Shown here piece after piece: positions 34,947-36,197 of a stretch of 36,197 nucleotides of DNA. Source of the stretch: an uncultured virus (IMG/VR IMGVR_UViG_3300049259_000212) (taxonomy: Duplodnaviria > Heunggongvirae > Uroviricota > Caudoviricetes); the IMG/VR virus record IMGVR_UViG_3300049259_000212, one strand, 5' to 3'. Numbering within the stretch: the first letter of the stretch is position 1; each line of letters begins with the position of its first letter. The notes under the pieces were generated by a model that was not told the origin of the DNA, did no database searches, and worked only from the letters and a program-made list of their open reading frames with translations. Position numbers and translations under genes: made by a program.

Positions 34947-34962
34947 GGGTAGCGATCAACCC
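34947..34962. promoter_or_regulatory. 16-bp palindrome variant GGGTAG-CGAT-CAACCC
   Basis: 15/16 identical to 2429-2444; intergenic. Confidence 0.55.
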
Positions 34963-35080
34963 TGTATCTTGAGCGACGCGAAAAGCGTGAAAGCGAAACA
35001 CCGGGTGAAAACCCCAGCCCTTTGAGCACGTGCACTTACACCCACGAGCTGTCGGCACACCAGCTGCTTAGAGGAAAGGC

Positions 35081-35578
35081 ATGACGAATCTCGATATCGA
35101 CACCATCAAGAGCCTTCGCCAGATCTACGCAGTTGCGGGTGGGACGGTCGCGAGCTCCGCGTCACTGGCGACCCTGCTGCACGAAGCACCGTTGCTCTCG
35201 ATGTCGGTCGCCGTTCTCAAGTCCTCTGGTATTGCGTACCGCCTCGCGGATATCGAAGGCTTCGGCACGTACCTCGTGTGCCGCTATCGACGCACGCAGG
35301 CGTGGATCCCTGTGTTCGCAGCGGCCTCGGCGGCAGCATACGCTCCCAAGACGATCTCGGCCGAGCAGCTCGCGGCGCTTCGCACCTTCGCGACCGCGAA
35401 CGGCGCTCAATGGAAGTCCAAACTCAACGTCGCGTGGATGACGGGCCGTTACAACGACTACAACGGCACCGAGGAGTACGGCTTGCTCCAGCAGGTCCGC
35501 AACACGTTCGGTCCGTCCTGGCTCGTGAAGTTCTCGTTCGACAACCCCAAGACGCACAGCGCGAAGGAGAAGGCGTAG
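35081..35578 (+). CDS. hypothetical protein
   Basis: GAGGAAAGG RBS; C-terminal WKSKL..AW...LQQVRNTFGPSWL. Confidence 0.7.
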   Translation: MTNLDIDTIKSLRQIYAVAGGTVASSASLATLLHEAPLLSMSVAVLKSSGIAYRLADIEGFGTYLVCRYRRTQAWIPVFAAASAAAYAPKTISAEQLAALRTFATANGAQWKSKLNVAWMTGRYNDYNGTEEYGLLQQVRNTFGPSWLVKFSFDNPKTHSAKEKA

Positions 35579-35806
35579 ATGCTGACCGCTGACACGATCA
35601 CCGACGAGCAGATCCGCGAGTTGCGCGCGGAGACCCGCGCCCGATTGCCGCGTACGAAGCACGAATCACGCAGCGAAGCGCTCGGGATTATCGAGACCTG
35701 CATGCTCGCATTAAACGAGGCGCCACTCCAGACACGCGCGGACGTGCACGCCGACGCTCGCGCCCGCTGCGCCGAGATCCTCAACGCCCGCACCGCCAAG
35801 GAGTAG
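35579..35806 (+). CDS. TADTITD-family paralogue 6
   Basis: MLTADTITDEQIRELR...ARARCAEILNAR. Confidence 0.75.
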   Translation: MLTADTITDEQIRELRAETRARLPRTKHESRSEALGIIETCMLALNEAPLQTRADVHADARARCAEILNARTAKE

Positions 35807-35808
35807 CC

Positions 35809-36197
35809 ATGCAGACCACGCAAACCGTCGTGATGTTCACCGCCGACACGATCACCGACGAGCAGATCCGCGAGCTGCGCGCGTCATCGTCCGACAACAA
35901 AGACATCGTCAAGATGTGCACCGCCGCGCTCTCCTACGATGGATCGATCGGCCAGAATCAGCTCTTGAACCCTCGCGAGCACGCGCAAGCGAAGGCGCGG
36001 CGTTTTCTCGCGCGCACGGGTTGCGCGGACCTGCTGAATGAACGCATGCGGCCCGAGCCTCTGACCGCCGAGACGATCGATGACGATCAAATCGTGAAGC
36101 TGATCGATCTCGGAAATGAAATTCTCCGCGTTGCCCATGAAGCGCTCGACACGAGCCGCTCTGGCCATGACCGACGCATCGTGGCCCGCGCCCGCTG
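35809..36197 (+). CDS. TADTITD-family paralogue 7 with two tandem domains, runs off window end
   Basis: Hand-translated MQTTQTVVMFTADTITDEQIRELR...ARTGCADLLNER...LTAETIDDDQIVKL...VARAR; AAGGAG RBS. Confidence 0.7.
   Translation, partial: MQTTQTVVMFTADTITDEQIRELRASSSDNKDIVKMCTAALSYDGSIGQNQLLNPREHAQAKARRFLARTGCADLLNERMRPEPLTAETIDDDQIVKLIDLGNEILRVAHEALDTSRSGHDRRIVARAR

Noticed and set aside
1..36197. tRNA/rRNA genes, virion structural genes and the many long antisense ORFs
   Set aside because: No RNA-gene or structural-gene signatures were recognised by eye; antisense ORFs such as 6366..7238, 20022..21011 and 24926..26164 are GC-rich shadows of better-supported genes.

Overview
GC-rich 36 kb accessory segment with tightly packed, mostly short and often Cys-rich hypothetical genes in long co-oriented runs. 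It looks like a large phage or other large mobile element, probably with a myxobacterial host (inference); no capsid, tail or replication genes lie in the window. Recognisable genes: a kinase-like protein, a PAPS-reductase-family protein, a stand-alone Fis-type HTH, an RpoD-like sigma factor, a tyrosine recombinase with an upstream dif-like site, an orphan serine-recombinase DNA-binding domain and a PiuC/YbiX hydroxylase. Main finding: an operon at 11515-13317 encoding a lone Cas7/RAMP-like protein, a partner protein and a small RHH regulator, followed by a 323-nt non-coding array of GGY-NN pentamers split into seven units by 4-nt punctuation. This is a candidate non-CRISPR RNA-guided (VIPR-like) system. 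Also present: a complete 4,227-bp IS1-family cargo transposon (28114-32340, terminal inverted repeats, 9-bp target duplication) carrying a nucleotidyltransferase toxin-antitoxin-like pair; a decayed second copy of that pair; a dispersed 16-bp intergenic palindrome; and a tandem family of 'TADTITD...ARARCAEILN' paralogues. Four frameshifts sit in homopolymer or (GC)n runs and may be sequencing errors.
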